Shown piece by piece: positions 17,825 to 28,011 of a DNA stretch of 64,000 nt. The notes beneath the pieces are model-generated. The model saw only the letters and a list, made by a program, of their open reading frames with translations. It searched no databases and was not told where the DNA came from. This stretch comes from Candidatus Nomurabacteria bacterium (GTDB taxonomy: Bacteria; Patescibacteriota; Minisyncoccia; Phycocordibacterales; UBA918). The DNA lies in contig JACKGJ010000001.1 in NCBI GenBank assembly GCA_020631995.1, forward strand, positions 97,753-161,752, written 5' to 3'. The position numbers were made by a program, and so were the translations under genes. Within the stretch, counting starts at the first letter, position 1; each line of letters starts with the position of its first letter.

Positions 17825-18481
17825 TTACAAACATACGCCATCAGCCCATAGACCACGCTCCCCTTCCTTAGCTTTCTTCTCTGCTTCCATAAACTCAGCT
17901 TGATACTGATACGGTAGGTTGTAGGTATATTCATAAGCAAAACCTTGGCGGATAAGTTCTAGGTTTATAAAGTAACCATCAGCTCTAAGAACGTAGCCAA
18001 GCATTCGTCCATATTTATCACGTGTACCTTCCTGAGAATCTATCTCTATATAGACATTCTCGCCTTGAAGCCACGCGCGAGTTTGATCCGAGGCCTCCTT
18101 TCCAAAACATTGTACTGGCTTTGAAGGATGAACGGTTTCAGGAGTATCGATTCCAATCAATCTCACGGTTTCATTTACACCGTCTTTCTCAATAACTATG
18201 GTATCTCCATCGATGACTCGAACAACAGGATAAAGTACTCGCTCTCCAACAATTGCATCAGCCACAGAGGCTGATTGTGTTTTTGTAATCTGTTTTTGGT
18301 CTTCAAATAATGAATCCATTATTTCCTCCTCTTCTACATTTTCTTCCAGAATAATCTCTGCACTCTTTTCTAATAGTTCCTCTGCCTCCCGTGGACTCAA
18401 AAGTCCCGCAATGAGGGTAATAGTGAAGATTATACTTAGTACAGCAGAGATGCCTTTGATTTTCATTGGGCCATTATACAA
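17825..18481 (-). CDS. secreted thermonuclease (SNase/micrococcal nuclease family)
   Basis: Signal anchor; VVRVIDGDTIVIEKDGVNETVRLIGIDTPET...DKYGRMLGYV SNase motifs. Confidence 0.85.
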   Translation of the reverse strand: MYNGPMKIKGISAVLSIIFTITLIAGLLSPREAEELLEKSAEIILEENVEEEEIMDSLFEDQKQITKTQSASVADAIVGERVLYPVVRVIDGDTIVIEKDGVNETVRLIGIDTPETVHPSKPVQCFGKEASDQTRAWLQGENVYIEIDSQEGTRDKYGRMLGYVLRADGYFINLELIRQGFAYEYTYNLPYQYQAEFMEAEKKAKEGERGLWADGVCL

Positions 18482-18533
18482 AGACCGGCGGTGATAAACC
18501 GTCGGTCTTTGTATAACATAACTACAATATTTA

Positions 18534-19253
18534 CTATTTCTCTAGCTTCACACTAAGCTCCAGTGTCACGATGTCACCAATAATATTATCGGTAATTGTT
18601 TCCGCGACAGAAGCAGAACCTTGGCTAATACCCCACTTAGTTCTATCAATTTCAAGGTTAGCAGTAGCCCAGACTTCATTATTTTCGTTTACCACTACCT
18701 TCATTGGGAACTGCACCTCGTTAGTCTGACCCTTCAGAGTCAAGTTACCAGTTGCGGTGTAATCAGAGTGGTCAGGGCTTGGTAAGACCTTAGGAGTAAC
18801 GTCAGTAATGGTGAACGTTGCAGTACTGTGTGTATCAGCATCAAAGAACCGCTCACCTTTCAAGTGTGCTTCTAAGGCACTTTCTTGCCCAGCCTTACCA
18901 CCACCCAGTGATGTTATCTTGAGAGAATTAATATCGACAACAAATTCTCCAGTTAAACTCGAGTCTTCTAGGGTTATCTGTCCGCTCTGGATAGAAAAAT
19001 TGCCTCGATGTACATAACCAGCAATAGCTGGTTTACCAGCTGCGAAATTAATGACCGAGCTTTCACTATCTACCTCATAACGTCCGGGCTCCATCGTAGC
19101 AGTCGAAGAATTTGGTATCTCTGAAAGTGTCTCCATCTCAGTCTCATTTTGAGCACTAAACTCGTTTGGGGCGTCCGATGAACGTGACATAAGCCAATAA
19201 CCTGCTGACGCAGCCACCAATATCACTACTAAAATCAATACTGTTTTATTCAT
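18534..19253 (-). CDS. YceI-like domain protein
   Basis: 239 aa; signal anchor plus YceI-like pattern (INFAAGKPAIAGYVHRGNFSIQSGQITL...FVVDINSLKT). Confidence 0.7.
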   Translation of the reverse strand: MNKTVLILVVILVAASAGYWLMSRSSDAPNEFSAQNETEMETLSEIPNSSTATMEPGRYEVDSESSVINFAAGKPAIAGYVHRGNFSIQSGQITLEDSSLTGEFVVDINSLKITSLGGGKAGQESALEAHLKGERFFDADTHSTATFTITDVTPKVLPSPDHSDYTATGNLTLKGQTNEVQFPMKVVVNENNEVWATANLEIDRTKWGISQGSASVAETITDNIIGDIVTLELSVKLEK

Positions 19254-19350
19254 ATGTTTTCAATTAAATCTTAATTACGTACTAACTAATTAGACAAATG
19301 CCCAACTAGCTTGACCAACTGTCCTAGTTCATACGATTTCTTGATCTGTA

Positions 19351-19842
19351 TTATTTCGCCAAAAATCGGTGCATCACCCTAAGCAGATAGGCTACGATAA
19401 ATATGGCAGAAATATATCCTATTAAATAGGTTGTGAAATCATATGGCAAACGACCAGCTAGACCTAGCAGTGTAGCACCCCACCACGAAGTGAAGGATAC
19501 ACTAGCTCCCAACCAAAGTGGTACCCAACGCTTAGTTAAAGCCACTGCATTTACGATGATAGCAACAAACATCAGGTCCTTGATCCAAATCTTTTCACTG
19601 GACCAAATGAAATTATTCCCTTGACTTAAGTGATACCAAAACATCGCAATGACTGACACGAGCATTATCGCCATACCAACTCGTATCATCGTATAATTCA
19701 CATGCATCAGTGCACGTTCATCGTCGCTAACTTTTTTATCTTTAAGAGCTCGGGTGATTTGAAATTCTGCAATAGTAGCCCCTCCAGTTCCCAATATAGT
19801 TGCAACAACGTGCGACGCAACAATGATTTGATATATATCCAT
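19351..19842 (-). CDS. hypothetical polytopic membrane protein
   Basis: 163 aa, 4-5 hydrophobic helices. Confidence 0.6.
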   Translation of the reverse strand: MDIYQIIVASHVVATILGTGGATIAEFQITRALKDKKVSDDERALMHVNYTMIRVGMAIMLVSVIAMFWYHLSQGNNFIWSSEKIWIKDLMFVAIIVNAVALTKRWVPLWLGASVSFTSWWGATLLGLAGRLPYDFTTYLIGYISAIFIVAYLLRVMHRFLAK

Positions 19843-20028
19843 ATCGTTTGATTATATCAGCCTAACTATTGTAGATAGTTAATAACTACAATAATGTTTA
19901 CGGATAGTTCTTATACACCATCAGTTATTTGCAGTGCGATATTGGTGTTATGCTATATGTATAAACGTGCGTCAAGGCTGGAAGTACGTTTTTAATAATT
20001 AATAACCTTAATCGGTTACAAATAAATT

Positions 20029-20235
20029 ATGAACAAACTTAACATTATGGACTGGGTGGCACTTACCCTCGTAATTGTCGGTGGCCTCAATTGGGGATTA
20101 GTAGGGGCGTTCAGTTTTAATCTTGTAGAGACAATATTTGGTGGTATGTCTGCAGTATCACAAATTATCTACATCCTCGTAGGAGTGTCAGCTATCTACG
20201 TAGCTGCAATATCAATGAAACTTTCCAAACAATAG
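20029..20235 (+). CDS. DUF378 family membrane protein
   Basis: 68 aa; WVALTLVIVGGLNWGLVGAFSFNLV is the DUF378 signature. Confidence 0.75.
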   Translation: MNKLNIMDWVALTLVIVGGLNWGLVGAFSFNLVETIFGGMSAVSQIIYILVGVSAIYVAAISMKLSKQ

Positions 20236-20253
20236 GCTAGTTTCTGATAAAAG

Positions 20254-20283
20254 AAAAAGCCCTGATAATCAGGGCTTTTTCTT
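20254..20283. terminator. bidirectional terminator
   Basis: AAAAAGCCCTGATAATCAGGGCTTTTT. Confidence 0.8.
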
Positions 20284-20288
20284 TTCAT

Positions 20289-20693
20289 TTAAAACCAAGC
20301 TTTTGCAATAAGGTAAATGACGCTAGAAACAGTTCCACAAAGCAATGTTCCCCAAATCATATCAACTACAACAAAGTGCACTGTCCAATCAGATAGGGTG
20401 GCGAGATTAGTTAGGTCATACAAACCATATCCAATAAGACCAAATAATGCACCGTATAGGAATGCTGTACCTAGACCTAAGGTATGCGGGTATACCAACA
20501 CACTCACACCAACGCCCATCAATAAGTATGCCAACAAAGCCGGTAAGTAGCGCACATTCCAATCGCCTTCGGGAGTCAGACGTGCGATTGAACCAATCTC
20601 TGACTTAAAGAAGTTTCCAGCAAAATAAAACCAGATGAAATCTAGGATAATAAAAAGTACCGCCCCCACAATAGTTAATATAACAATTTGCAT
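20289..20693 (-). CDS. membrane protein (DUF2177-like)
   Basis: 134 aa, four TM helices; family call from memory only. Confidence 0.6.
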   Translation of the reverse strand: MQIVILTIVGAVLFIILDFIWFYFAGNFFKSEIGSIARLTPEGDWNVRYLPALLAYLLMGVGVSVLVYPHTLGLGTAFLYGALFGLIGYGLYDLTNLATLSDWTVHFVVVDMIWGTLLCGTVSSVIYLIAKAWF

Positions 20694-20703
20694 AGTTTTT
20701 TAA

Positions 20704-20922
20704 TTAAAGTTTTTCAATTTCTCTTAAATCTTTATCAGGAATATAAAGCACAGCTACTCCGACTAAAATACCTAATATTGCTGTCCAGAAGTGATGTCCA
20801 CCAAACAGCCAAATATCCACAGCGTCTAAAACATACCAGATTCCTCGCCAAATCAGCACTAGACCAAGGACAATAGAAAGGTTGCGAGTAAAGTACCCAA
20901 TTGGTTTTTGAATCTGCTTCAT
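20704..20922 (-). CDS. hypothetical small membrane protein
   Basis: Start set at MKQIQK because TATAAT lies 5 nt upstream (GCTATAATTTTGGATG); two TM helices. Confidence 0.5.
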   Translation of the reverse strand: MKQIQKPIGYFTRNLSIVLGLVLIWRGIWYVLDAVDIWLFGGHHFWTAILGILVGVAVLYIPDKDLREIEKL

Positions 20923-20970
20923 CCCAAAATTATAGCACCAGTGCACATACACCCGCTTATTTTGATGCTC

Positions 20971-22215
20971 CTAGGCGTGATTACCGGCAATGTAGCCAGT
21001 TGTCCAACATAGCTGCAGTGAAAACCCGCCAGACGGACGTTTGATGTTGAGTAAATCACCAACAATAAATATGTTTGGTGAACGCAGTGAACGAAAGGTA
21101 CGCATATCCATTTCTGTTAGAGGTACACCACCGTCGGCTACCACCGCTTTATCATAACCCATAAGCCCTGAGATATTAACCGGAAGTGTTTTAAACGTAT
21201 CAATCAGTGACCGCCTTTCTTCTCGCGTAATGCTATGAACTTTCTTCTCAGGGTCGATACTTGGAACCAGTGCCAATAGTCCGTCCGCTGTACCAGGTGG
21301 CAAAAGCTCGCGTATTACGTTTTTAAGCAGTTTATTTTTATAATCTTCAAAATAGTCAACTAACATTTTGTCCGACTCACCAACATCAAGTTTAGGAAAA
21401 AGGTCAATGCGCGCCGTGACAGGACCAGTATGAAGTAAGTCGGAGACCGCTCCGGCAGAGTTCAAAATAGTTGGGCCTGATAAACCGAAGTGAGTTAAAA
21501 GAATGTCACCACTACTAGCAAAACATTTTTTATTGCCCTGATAAAAAGTGATCTTGGTAGCAGTGAGAGTTTTCCCCATCAAAGTACGTATCCAAGCATC
21601 CCGAGCCTTCAGGGGAACAATCGTGGGTGTTGGTTCTTTTACTGTATGTCCAAGTTCACGAAGCCAAGCGAAACCATCTCCGGTCGAACCAGTCTCCGGA
21701 TGCGACACTCCTCCACTGGCAAATATATAAGAGTCAGCCGTGTATTCCCCGCCACTTGCAACAACACTCTTTATCAAACCGTCAGCAACGAGGATCTGTC
21801 TAACTGGTGTACCAAGTCTTAAATCAACATTTTCATTTGCTACGTATTCAGTAAGGGTAGACACCACATCAGGAGCCTTCTCACTCTTAGGGAAGACCCG
21901 CTTACGCTCCTCAACTTTAAGTGGCAACTTCCTAGACTCAAAAAATTTAAAAGTTTCTTTCACCCCAAACTCAGAAAAGGCAGAATACAAAAACTGTTCT
22001 GACGAACCATAGTTTGAAAGCAGTACCTTGAGGTCCTCCTCGGCATTAGTGATGTTACAGCGCCCCCCTCCTGAAATACTGAGCTTCTTTCCGACTTTTT
22101 TATTCTTCTCAAAAAGTAGTACCTTGCGTCCACGCTCAGCCGCACGACCAGCCGCCATCAGGCCAGCCGCCCCTCCTCCTATTACAATGACATCAAAATG
22201 ATGAGTGTTATCCAT
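20971..22215 (-). CDS. FAD-dependent oxidoreductase, HI0933/aminoacetone-oxidase family
   Basis: DVIVIGGGAAGLMAAGRAAERGRKVLLFEKNKKVGKKLSISGGGRCNITN is the HI0933-like N-terminus. Confidence 0.85.
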   Translation of the reverse strand: MDNTHHFDVIVIGGGAAGLMAAGRAAERGRKVLLFEKNKKVGKKLSISGGGRCNITNAEEDLKVLLSNYGSSEQFLYSAFSEFGVKETFKFFESRKLPLKVEERKRVFPKSEKAPDVVSTLTEYVANENVDLRLGTPVRQILVADGLIKSVVASGGEYTADSYIFASGGVSHPETGSTGDGFAWLRELGHTVKEPTPTIVPLKARDAWIRTLMGKTLTATKITFYQGNKKCFASSGDILLTHFGLSGPTILNSAGAVSDLLHTGPVTARIDLFPKLDVGESDKMLVDYFEDYKNKLLKNVIRELLPPGTADGLLALVPSIDPEKKVHSITREERRSLIDTFKTLPVNISGLMGYDKAVVADGGVPLTEMDMRTFRSLRSPNIFIVGDLLNIKRPSGGFSLQLCWTTGYIAGNHA

Positions 22216-22272
22216 AAAGCTGGAACTATAGCTTAATTTATGGATTTAGTCTCACCCAATCAAATCTAAGCT

Positions 22273-22506
22273 TTATAGCAGTCCTTCGAGACTAGCAGTA
22301 TAACTTCTAATGAAAGCTGGAATGATAAACAATAGTGCAATAAGTGGTAGTACCACCATTGCAATAGTTACCCACATAGTTATTTGAAAGTAGCGTCGAG
22401 TTTTTTCAACTGATACATACACTGCATCAATTTTCGTTTCGAGCTCTGAAAGCTTACTTTGAATATTTGGTTCCATATACTTAAGTATAGCAAGCTTCAC
22501 AGACAC
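22273..22506 (-). CDS. hypothetical small membrane protein
   Basis: 77 aa, one TM helix. Confidence 0.45.
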   Translation of the reverse strand: MSVKLAILKYMEPNIQSKLSELETKIDAVYVSVEKTRRYFQITMWVTIAMVVLPLIALLFIIPAFIRSYTASLEGLL

Positions 22507-22763
22507 CTATCTGCTTTATTAGCTCCATATTTTATTAAAATGAGTTTGTCTTCTTTCTTCCAGCTTTTAATTTCAGCTTCACGTTTTAAAGCCAGGGAAC
22601 GACTTGAGTGTTCCTCTGTATAGACGAACTTAACCACCTTCCTCGCACGAGTATAGTGGCCTCCTTTTCCATTTTTATGTGCCTCAAAACGACGCTCGAG
22701 ATTATTAGTAATGCCGGTATATAAGGACCCATCACCGCACAGAAGAATATATACAAAATACAC
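22497..22763 (-). CDS. GIY-YIG nuclease superfamily protein (UPF0213-like)
   Basis: YFVYILLCGDGSLYTGITNNLERRFEAHKNG GIY-YIG motif. Confidence 0.85.
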   Translation of the reverse strand: MYFVYILLCGDGSLYTGITNNLERRFEAHKNGKGGHYTRARKVVKFVYTEEHSSRSLALKREAEIKSWKKEDKLILIKYGANKADRCL

Positions 22764-22799
22764 AGCCTTATTTGGCGTGAGATTAATGAGGAGCTTTTT

Positions 22800-22922
22800 T
22801 TAGTGGTTGCCACGATTCTTTCCTCCTCGCTCCATTCGAGACGCTACTCGACGTGGCTCCTGTTGAATATCAGAATGCTTAGTTGAACGAACCTCACTGG
22901 AATCTTGATGCTTTTTGCTCAT
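22800..22922 (-). CDS. possible small basic protein (40 aa)
   Basis: Own translation MSKKHQDSSEVRSTKHSDIQQEPRRVASRMERGGKNRGNH; TATAAT upstream, no SD. Confidence 0.25.
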   Translation of the reverse strand: MSKKHQDSSEVRSTKHSDIQQEPRRVASRMERGGKNRGNH

Positions 22923-22980
22923 AATTTTATTTTATTCAATTTAATTATAGCAGAATTTTAAACTGAAGATTTTCCTTTTG

Positions 22981-23196
22981 TTAAATATAATTTTCAAACT
23001 CCTCGACAACCTCCTCCAAAATTTCTCTCTCTACATCATCAATACGTCCCTTATGCAGTTTTGCTAGTACGGTATGGATTTCCTCGGGACGGTATCCTTT
23101 ATCTTTAAGTCGCAGAGCTTCTTTGAGCACCAAGTTATCCATTGGGGTGCTGTCCTTAAGGGCAGTGGTAAACATTTTTGCGAAAGGGTGGGTCAT
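22981..23196 (-). CDS. hypothetical small protein (71 aa)
   Basis: Track ORF trimmed to MTHPFAKMF... because its 5' part overlaps tRNA-Gln. Confidence 0.5.
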   Translation of the reverse strand: MTHPFAKMFTTALKDSTPMDNLVLKEALRLKDKGYRPEEIHTVLAKLHKGRIDDVEREILEEVVEEFENYI

Positions 23197-23223
23197 GTTA
23201 TGAATGTTTACCTCTTTATTTTG

Positions 23224-23294
23224 CTGCCGGACCAGGGCTCGAACCTGGATACCATGGACCAAAACCATGTGTCCTACCATTAGACGATCCGGCA
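23224..23294 (-). tRNA. tRNA-Gln (anticodon TTG)
   Basis: Acceptor TGCCGGA/TCCGGCA (U1-A72), anticodon stem CATGG/CCATG with loop TTTTGGT, T arm CCAGG-TTCGAGC-CCTGG, discriminator G. Confidence 0.85.
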
Positions 23295-23418
23295 ATATGG
23301 TTCGGCTACTTTAGCACATTAGTGAAGTTTTTTCATTTTTCAGCAGTTTGAGTATTTTGTAAAATTGAGTATGATTGTTTAGACATAGTTCCTATCACCA
23401 CATACCCGGGAGAGTTCA

Positions 23419-23775
23419 ATGAATGACGTCGTCAGACTTTTACTTCAAATTGAAAAACTTCCTGAAGCATCTTTCAAACCTGGTGCTTCACCCTCTTCAA
23501 GAACAAAAGAGCTTTCACTACTCGACACCCTGTTACCTGTCCTGACCATGTCTGATGTGCCGGCAGTGGCTCGTAAATGCATAAGAAAACCTGAGAGTTT
23601 GAGTATGCATTACCAGCTTCGCAATAACGGCCATCACAACGTGTTCATAACCTATAACAGAAATACTCAGGAAGTGTCTATGACAGTGAACGGACAAACA
23701 ATATCACCATCACCTAGCTCGACAGATGACCTGATGCTTATCCTTAAGCAGTTACTTGAGGGGAAAGGACCATAA
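23419..23775 (+). CDS. hypothetical protein (118 aa)
   Basis: Track ORF followed by GC-rich hairpin GGCCGGCGCAAAGATTTGCGCCGGCC. Confidence 0.55.
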   Translation: MNDVVRLLLQIEKLPEASFKPGASPSSRTKELSLLDTLLPVLTMSDVPAVARKCIRKPESLSMHYQLRNNGHHNVFITYNRNTQEVSMTVNGQTISPSPSSTDDLMLILKQLLEGKGP

Positions 23776-23828
23776 AGGCCGGCGCAAAGATTTGCGCCGG
23801 CCTAAATTACCCTTATTTTTAGAAACCT

Positions 23829-24749
23829 TTAAACTCTAAGGTACCGTGATACTGCGAGCGCACTAGATATAAGTCCCATCACAATACCGGAACCGGCAAT
23901 CACTAGGAAAATATACCCGAAGTTACTAATAAAGTAGCTTAGGATATTAAATTGGAAGAAACTTTCTGTACCAGGCCCAAGCCAGATTAGGATTGGGTAC
24001 ATAATTATTAGTGAAACCACACCAGATACTAAACCGTAAAGAATACCTTGAAGCATAAAAGGACCACGAATGAAGGTGTTAGACGCCCCTACCAAACGCA
24101 TCACTGAAATTTCCTCACGAGAGGTGTAGATGGCAAGGCGGATAGTGTTAAAGGTAATAGCAACTGATGCAACGATAAGTACCAACATCGCTATGATACT
24201 AGCTCTCTCTACCACATTAATAATAGAAGAGAGCTTCTCAATCGCCTCGCGGTTTTTAACAAAGTTCACTCGGTCGATAACAGGTGATTGTGGTGATTCA
24301 GCAGACTGCTGTTCATCTAAAAAGAGGGCGATGCCTTCATACTGTCCAGTATTGTTAGCACGAATAGCTAGAGATGCCCCAAGTGGATTCTCCCCCAACT
24401 CTTCGAGAGCTTGAATGGTGAGTTCGTCACCACTGTGACGTTCACGAAACTCTACCAAAGCCTGTTCACGGGACGTATAGTTTACCTCAGCCACTTCTGG
24501 CAGCGCTTCAAGCCGAGTCTGGAGGGCTTGAATATCTGACTCTGGTGCTTCCACGGTGAAGTATACGTTGATATCAACCTTGCTTTCAATTTGAGCCAGT
24601 GACGCGCCAAGAATCTGATCTATCATCATAATACTGCCAATCACAAAGAGAGCGACAGTCATTACAAATACTGAAGACAATGACACAAAAGCATTTCGCC
24701 AAAACCCAATCCCTCCTGCTCTGATGATTCGTTTAAACGCTACCCACAT
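23829..24749 (-). CDS. ftsX: cell division permease FtsX
   Basis: 306 aa; TM1, large extracytoplasmic loop, three C-terminal TMs; directly downstream of ftsE. Confidence 0.85.
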   Translation of the reverse strand: MWVAFKRIIRAGGIGFWRNAFVSLSSVFVMTVALFVIGSIMMIDQILGASLAQIESKVDINVYFTVEAPESDIQALQTRLEALPEVAEVNYTSREQALVEFRERHSGDELTIQALEELGENPLGASLAIRANNTGQYEGIALFLDEQQSAESPQSPVIDRVNFVKNREAIEKLSSIINVVERASIIAMLVLIVASVAITFNTIRLAIYTSREEISVMRLVGASNTFIRGPFMLQGILYGLVSGVVSLIIMYPILIWLGPGTESFFQFNILSYFISNFGYIFLVIAGSGIVMGLISSALAVSRYLRV

Positions 24750-24779
24750 AAAAATTTAAATTTAAATACCAAAATGAAA

Positions 24780-25463
24780 TTATAAGACGTACTTCCCACT
24801 AGCATCATCGCGCACAATCTTGCCACTATCCATAGTAAGGACACGACGACCCAGCTCGTCTATGACGCCCTTATTGTGTGTAGTCATTATGACCGTTGTA
24901 CCGAGATCATTAATCTTCTTTAAAATCTGCACCACTTCATAAGTAGCAATAGGGTCTAAGTTACCAGTTGGCTCATCAGCAATGATGATGTCCGGCTGAT
25001 TCACGATAGCGCGGGCTATTGCGACTCTTTGTTTTTCACCACCAGATAATTCGTGGGGGAAATTAAATATTTTGTCTTCAAGGTCAACCAGAGCCAATGC
25101 CTGCGGAACGTTTTCTGTAATTTCCTCGTCGGTGCGACCATTTGCCTCCATAGCAAAAGCAATATTCTCAAAAGCAGTCTTATGCGGAAGAAGCTTGAAG
25201 TCTTGAAACACAGTACCAATCTTTCGTCTATATTTAGGCAACTTGCCACGAGGAATCTTATGAATATCTATAGATTCGTAAAAGACCGTTCCCTCGGATG
25301 GTTTATCCTCAGCAATCAACAATTTAAGTAGGGTGGACTTACCAGCGCCGGAGTGTCCGACGATGGAAACAAATTCGTGTGGCGCAACTTGAAAAGTAAT
25401 ATCTTCTATAGCTACGGAATTTCCCCCACTGTACCATTTGGAAACTTTATCGAAGTAAATCAT
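24780..25463 (-). CDS. ftsE: cell division ATP-binding protein FtsE
   Basis: GHSGAGKST Walker A, LSGGEKQRVAIARA signature, IIIADEPTG Walker B. Confidence 0.9.
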   Translation of the reverse strand: MIYFDKVSKWYSGGNSVAIEDITFQVAPHEFVSIVGHSGAGKSTLLKLLIAEDKPSEGTVFYESIDIHKIPRGKLPKYRRKIGTVFQDFKLLPHKTAFENIAFAMEANGRTDEEITENVPQALALVDLEDKIFNFPHELSGGEKQRVAIARAIVNQPDIIIADEPTGNLDPIATYEVVQILKKINDLGTTVIMTTHNKGVIDELGRRVLTMDSGKIVRDDASGKYVL

Positions 25464-25548
25464 GAATTTAAATTCTAGGTTGCCGGTTATAGATTCTACT
25501 TACAAAGATGGAGTTATCTAACTTCACTAACACAACCTATACATTGTA

Positions 25549-26433
25549 TTACAGCTCACGCTCTGCGTCTATGAATTCCTGTATATTGCCGTTCAAAACT
25601 GCCTCAATATTGCGAACTTCCACACCTGTGCGGTGATCCTTAACCATCTGATAGGGATGTAGTACGTAGGAGCGAATCTGACTACCCCATTCGATTTTCA
25701 CGGTTTTTTCTACCGAAAGACCTTTAAGCTCTCTCTCCTTTTGCTCTTCAAGAAAGGCAAATACTTTCCCCGAGAGAAGAGCTAGTGCCTTATCACGATT
25801 TTGTTGTTGGCTACGTTCAGATGAGGTGTGAACAGTGAGTCCAGTTGGTCTATGTGTTGCTCGCACAGCCGTCTCACGCTTGTTCACGTTTTGTCCGCCC
25901 GCTCCCCCACTACGAGCAAAAGTAATTTCAACTTCGTCATCTGTTAAGGGAATTTCTTCTGACGTCTCTACGGCCGGAGAAACCTCGACAAGAGTGAAAG
26001 ACGTTTGTCTTTTATCATTGGCATTGAAAGGTGAGATACGTACTAAACGATGCACTCCACTTTCTCGCTTCAGAGTGCCGTACGCATCCTTACCAACGAT
26101 TTCAAATACAACGTTTCGATAACCACCATGATTGTTAGTATTCTGATCAAGCATCATTATCTGCCAACCACGGGTTTCTGCATAACGCTGATACATCTCT
26201 AGTAGAATGCGGGCAAAGTCTTCTGCATCATCCCCACCCGCTCCAGCCACGATAGTAAATACCGCACCAAGCCGGTCGTACTTACCCTTACCCTCTACTT
26301 CATCTTTAAGCAGTTGTAGCTCTTTTATCTGTGCTTGTGCGTCTTTTGGGTCATTCCAAAAATCAGCTCGAGTCATTTCGCGTTCTATCTCGGCAATTCT
26401 CTTTGCTACTTTAGATTTATCGTGAAGGGTCAT
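25549..26433 (-). CDS. prfB: peptide chain release factor 2 (short, 294 aa, no frameshift site)
   Basis: SPF tripeptide (RISPFNAND) and GGQ ([16 protein letters not shown]). Start at MTLHDKSK, 2 nt after the upstream stop. Confidence 0.85.
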   Translation of the reverse strand: MTLHDKSKVAKRIAEIEREMTRADFWNDPKDAQAQIKELQLLKDEVEGKGKYDRLGAVFTIVAGAGGDDAEDFARILLEMYQRYAETRGWQIMMLDQNTNNHGGYRNVVFEIVGKDAYGTLKRESGVHRLVRISPFNANDKRQTSFTLVEVSPAVETSEEIPLTDDEVEITFARSGGAGGQNVNKRETAVRATHRPTGLTVHTSSERSQQQNRDKALALLSGKVFAFLEEQKERELKGLSVEKTVKIEWGSQIRSYVLHPYQMVKDHRTGVEVRNIEAVLNGNIQEFIDAEREL

Positions 26434-26435
26434 AA

Positions 26436-26933
26436 TTAGATCGACGGAGAATACTGACGACCCATAGGTAGTGGCTCTGGTGTGACAGCCATAAGCCATT
26501 TAGAACATTTGCCTAGTTCATCACAGGTCCAACGCTTTTCAAACTCGGTGCGAGACAGACGTGTCTCTGGACCGTGCCATGGGTCATTTAAAAGCACTTC
26601 ATTATCAGAAAGACCGACAACTACCGCATAATGGTCTTCGTTATATTCTTTCTCTAGGTATCGGATGATACTCGGGGCTCTAAATGTAGTCAACAAATAT
26701 GAAATTTCTCCGAGCGTTGCCTCATTGTTCATATAAACATAAAAATCGTTTTGACGGGCAACCTCTAACATATGCTGTATTGAAGTGCCTTTATCTGAAG
26801 TAGTCTTTAATTGTTCAGATAGTGTTGATTCAGACTGACGCATTCCGTAATATGCTAAAACCATCTGCAGAGCAGTGGGGCCACAAGTGTATATTGTGTC
26901 TTGTTTGAAGTACGGAACTTGAAGGCTACGCAT
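26436..26933 (-). CDS. peptidase C39-like (papain-fold cysteine peptidase) domain protein
   Basis: [25 protein letters not shown] (catalytic Cys context) and DHYAVVVG (His). Confidence 0.7.
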   Translation of the reverse strand: MRSLQVPYFKQDTIYTCGPTALQMVLAYYGMRQSESTLSEQLKTTSDKGTSIQHMLEVARQNDFYVYMNNEATLGEISYLLTTFRAPSIIRYLEKEYNEDHYAVVVGLSDNEVLLNDPWHGPETRLSRTEFEKRWTCDELGKCSKWLMAVTPEPLPMGRQYSPSI

Positions 26934-27072
26934 AGGGATATTATACCAGCATTGTTTGAGGTGGTTTTAGGGAATGTAGGCCACCTAGAAAATTAACCCG
27001 GAATCAAAATATTGTAATTTGCGTTTGCTTAGTATTTTGTTATGCTTTGCACGCAAACGGAGAGATTCGATT

Positions 27073-27145
27073 GCCATCTTAGCTCAGTTGGTAGAGCGCA
27101 TCCATGGTAAGGATGAGGTCCCCAGTTCAATCCTGGGAGATGGCT
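27073..27145 (+). tRNA. tRNA-Thr (anticodon GGT)
   Basis: Acceptor GCCATCT/AGATGGC, anticodon stem CATCC/GGATG with loop ATGGTAA, T arm CCCAG-TTCAATC-CTGGG. Confidence 0.9.
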
Positions 27146-27147
27146 CA

Positions 27148-27186
27148 GAATGAAAAAACCACCGTTATGGGTGGTTTTTTCATTCT
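27148..27186 (+). terminator. terminator after tRNA-Thr
   Basis: AGAATGAAAAAACCAC/GTGGTTTTTTCATTCT. Confidence 0.8.
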
Positions 27187-27202
27187 TCTTGAACTTAGTT
27201 AC

Positions 27203-27997
27203 CTAGTCAGAAATAGAAACTGAGTTAACTAATTCAATTCTTTTTACATCTACTCCAGTTTCAGACATCTGACCTTGTACACGTGCTGGCATAGTCTCTT
27301 TCAGAAGAGACTCATCACAAGCAGCGGTATCACCCTCAGCGTTCACGCAGACAGTGTCAGCATCCATAAATAGTGGTACGGCGTGCCCTAGTACTCCCGC
27401 CTCTTCATAAACCAAGTGCCAGTAATTGGAATCGAGTGGGGCTGGAACTTGCTTCAAAAGAAAACCGGACTTATCGAAAGAAAATTCTCCCTGTGGTCCG
27501 CTTTCTGCATTACCACAAGTAATATCAGTAATCTGCCACAAACCATCTTTAGCAACCATATCAACTATGGCCTGACCTGTCTGACCATCAGTCGTTGACA
27601 TCACGAGTATCTGAGCCACCTCCTCTTGCTGATAAACAGGAATAGTACGTAGACCTTCAGGTATTCCAACCTGACAAAGTACTGGATCGGTAGTTTCATC
27701 ACTTAGCTGACCTTCCTGTGCCTTAAGCTTTTCTTTAAGTTCTGGACCTACCTGCTCGTAGTCTAGTAGACCTAGAACAAAAGGTTCATTAGGACCAACG
27801 GTACGTGCCCCGAGCCAATCTTCGTAAAAATCTAAAGTAACGTTTATTGGGTCTCCAGCTACTCCCTTCCAAGGTTCCTTAATTAAAGAACCTCCGCCTG
27901 AGGTAAGCCATACAATCAAGCCAATAATAAGCAGTACACCCGCAACCAACAATACTGGTAACAATTTACTACGATCAAAATATCTACTCATAAACAT
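27203..27997 (-). CDS. hypothetical membrane-anchored extracytoplasmic protein
   Basis: 264 aa; N-terminal TM (LLPVLLVAGVLLIIGLIVWL); no family recognised. Confidence 0.6.
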   Translation of the reverse strand: MFMSRYFDRSKLLPVLLVAGVLLIIGLIVWLTSGGGSLIKEPWKGVAGDPINVTLDFYEDWLGARTVGPNEPFVLGLLDYEQVGPELKEKLKAQEGQLSDETTDPVLCQVGIPEGLRTIPVYQQEEVAQILVMSTTDGQTGQAIVDMVAKDGLWQITDITCGNAESGPQGEFSFDKSGFLLKQVPAPLDSNYWHLVYEEAGVLGHAVPLFMDADTVCVNAEGDTAACDESLLKETMPARVQGQMSETGVDVKRIELVNSVSISD

Positions 27998-28011
27998 ATT
28001 TTTCTATGATA

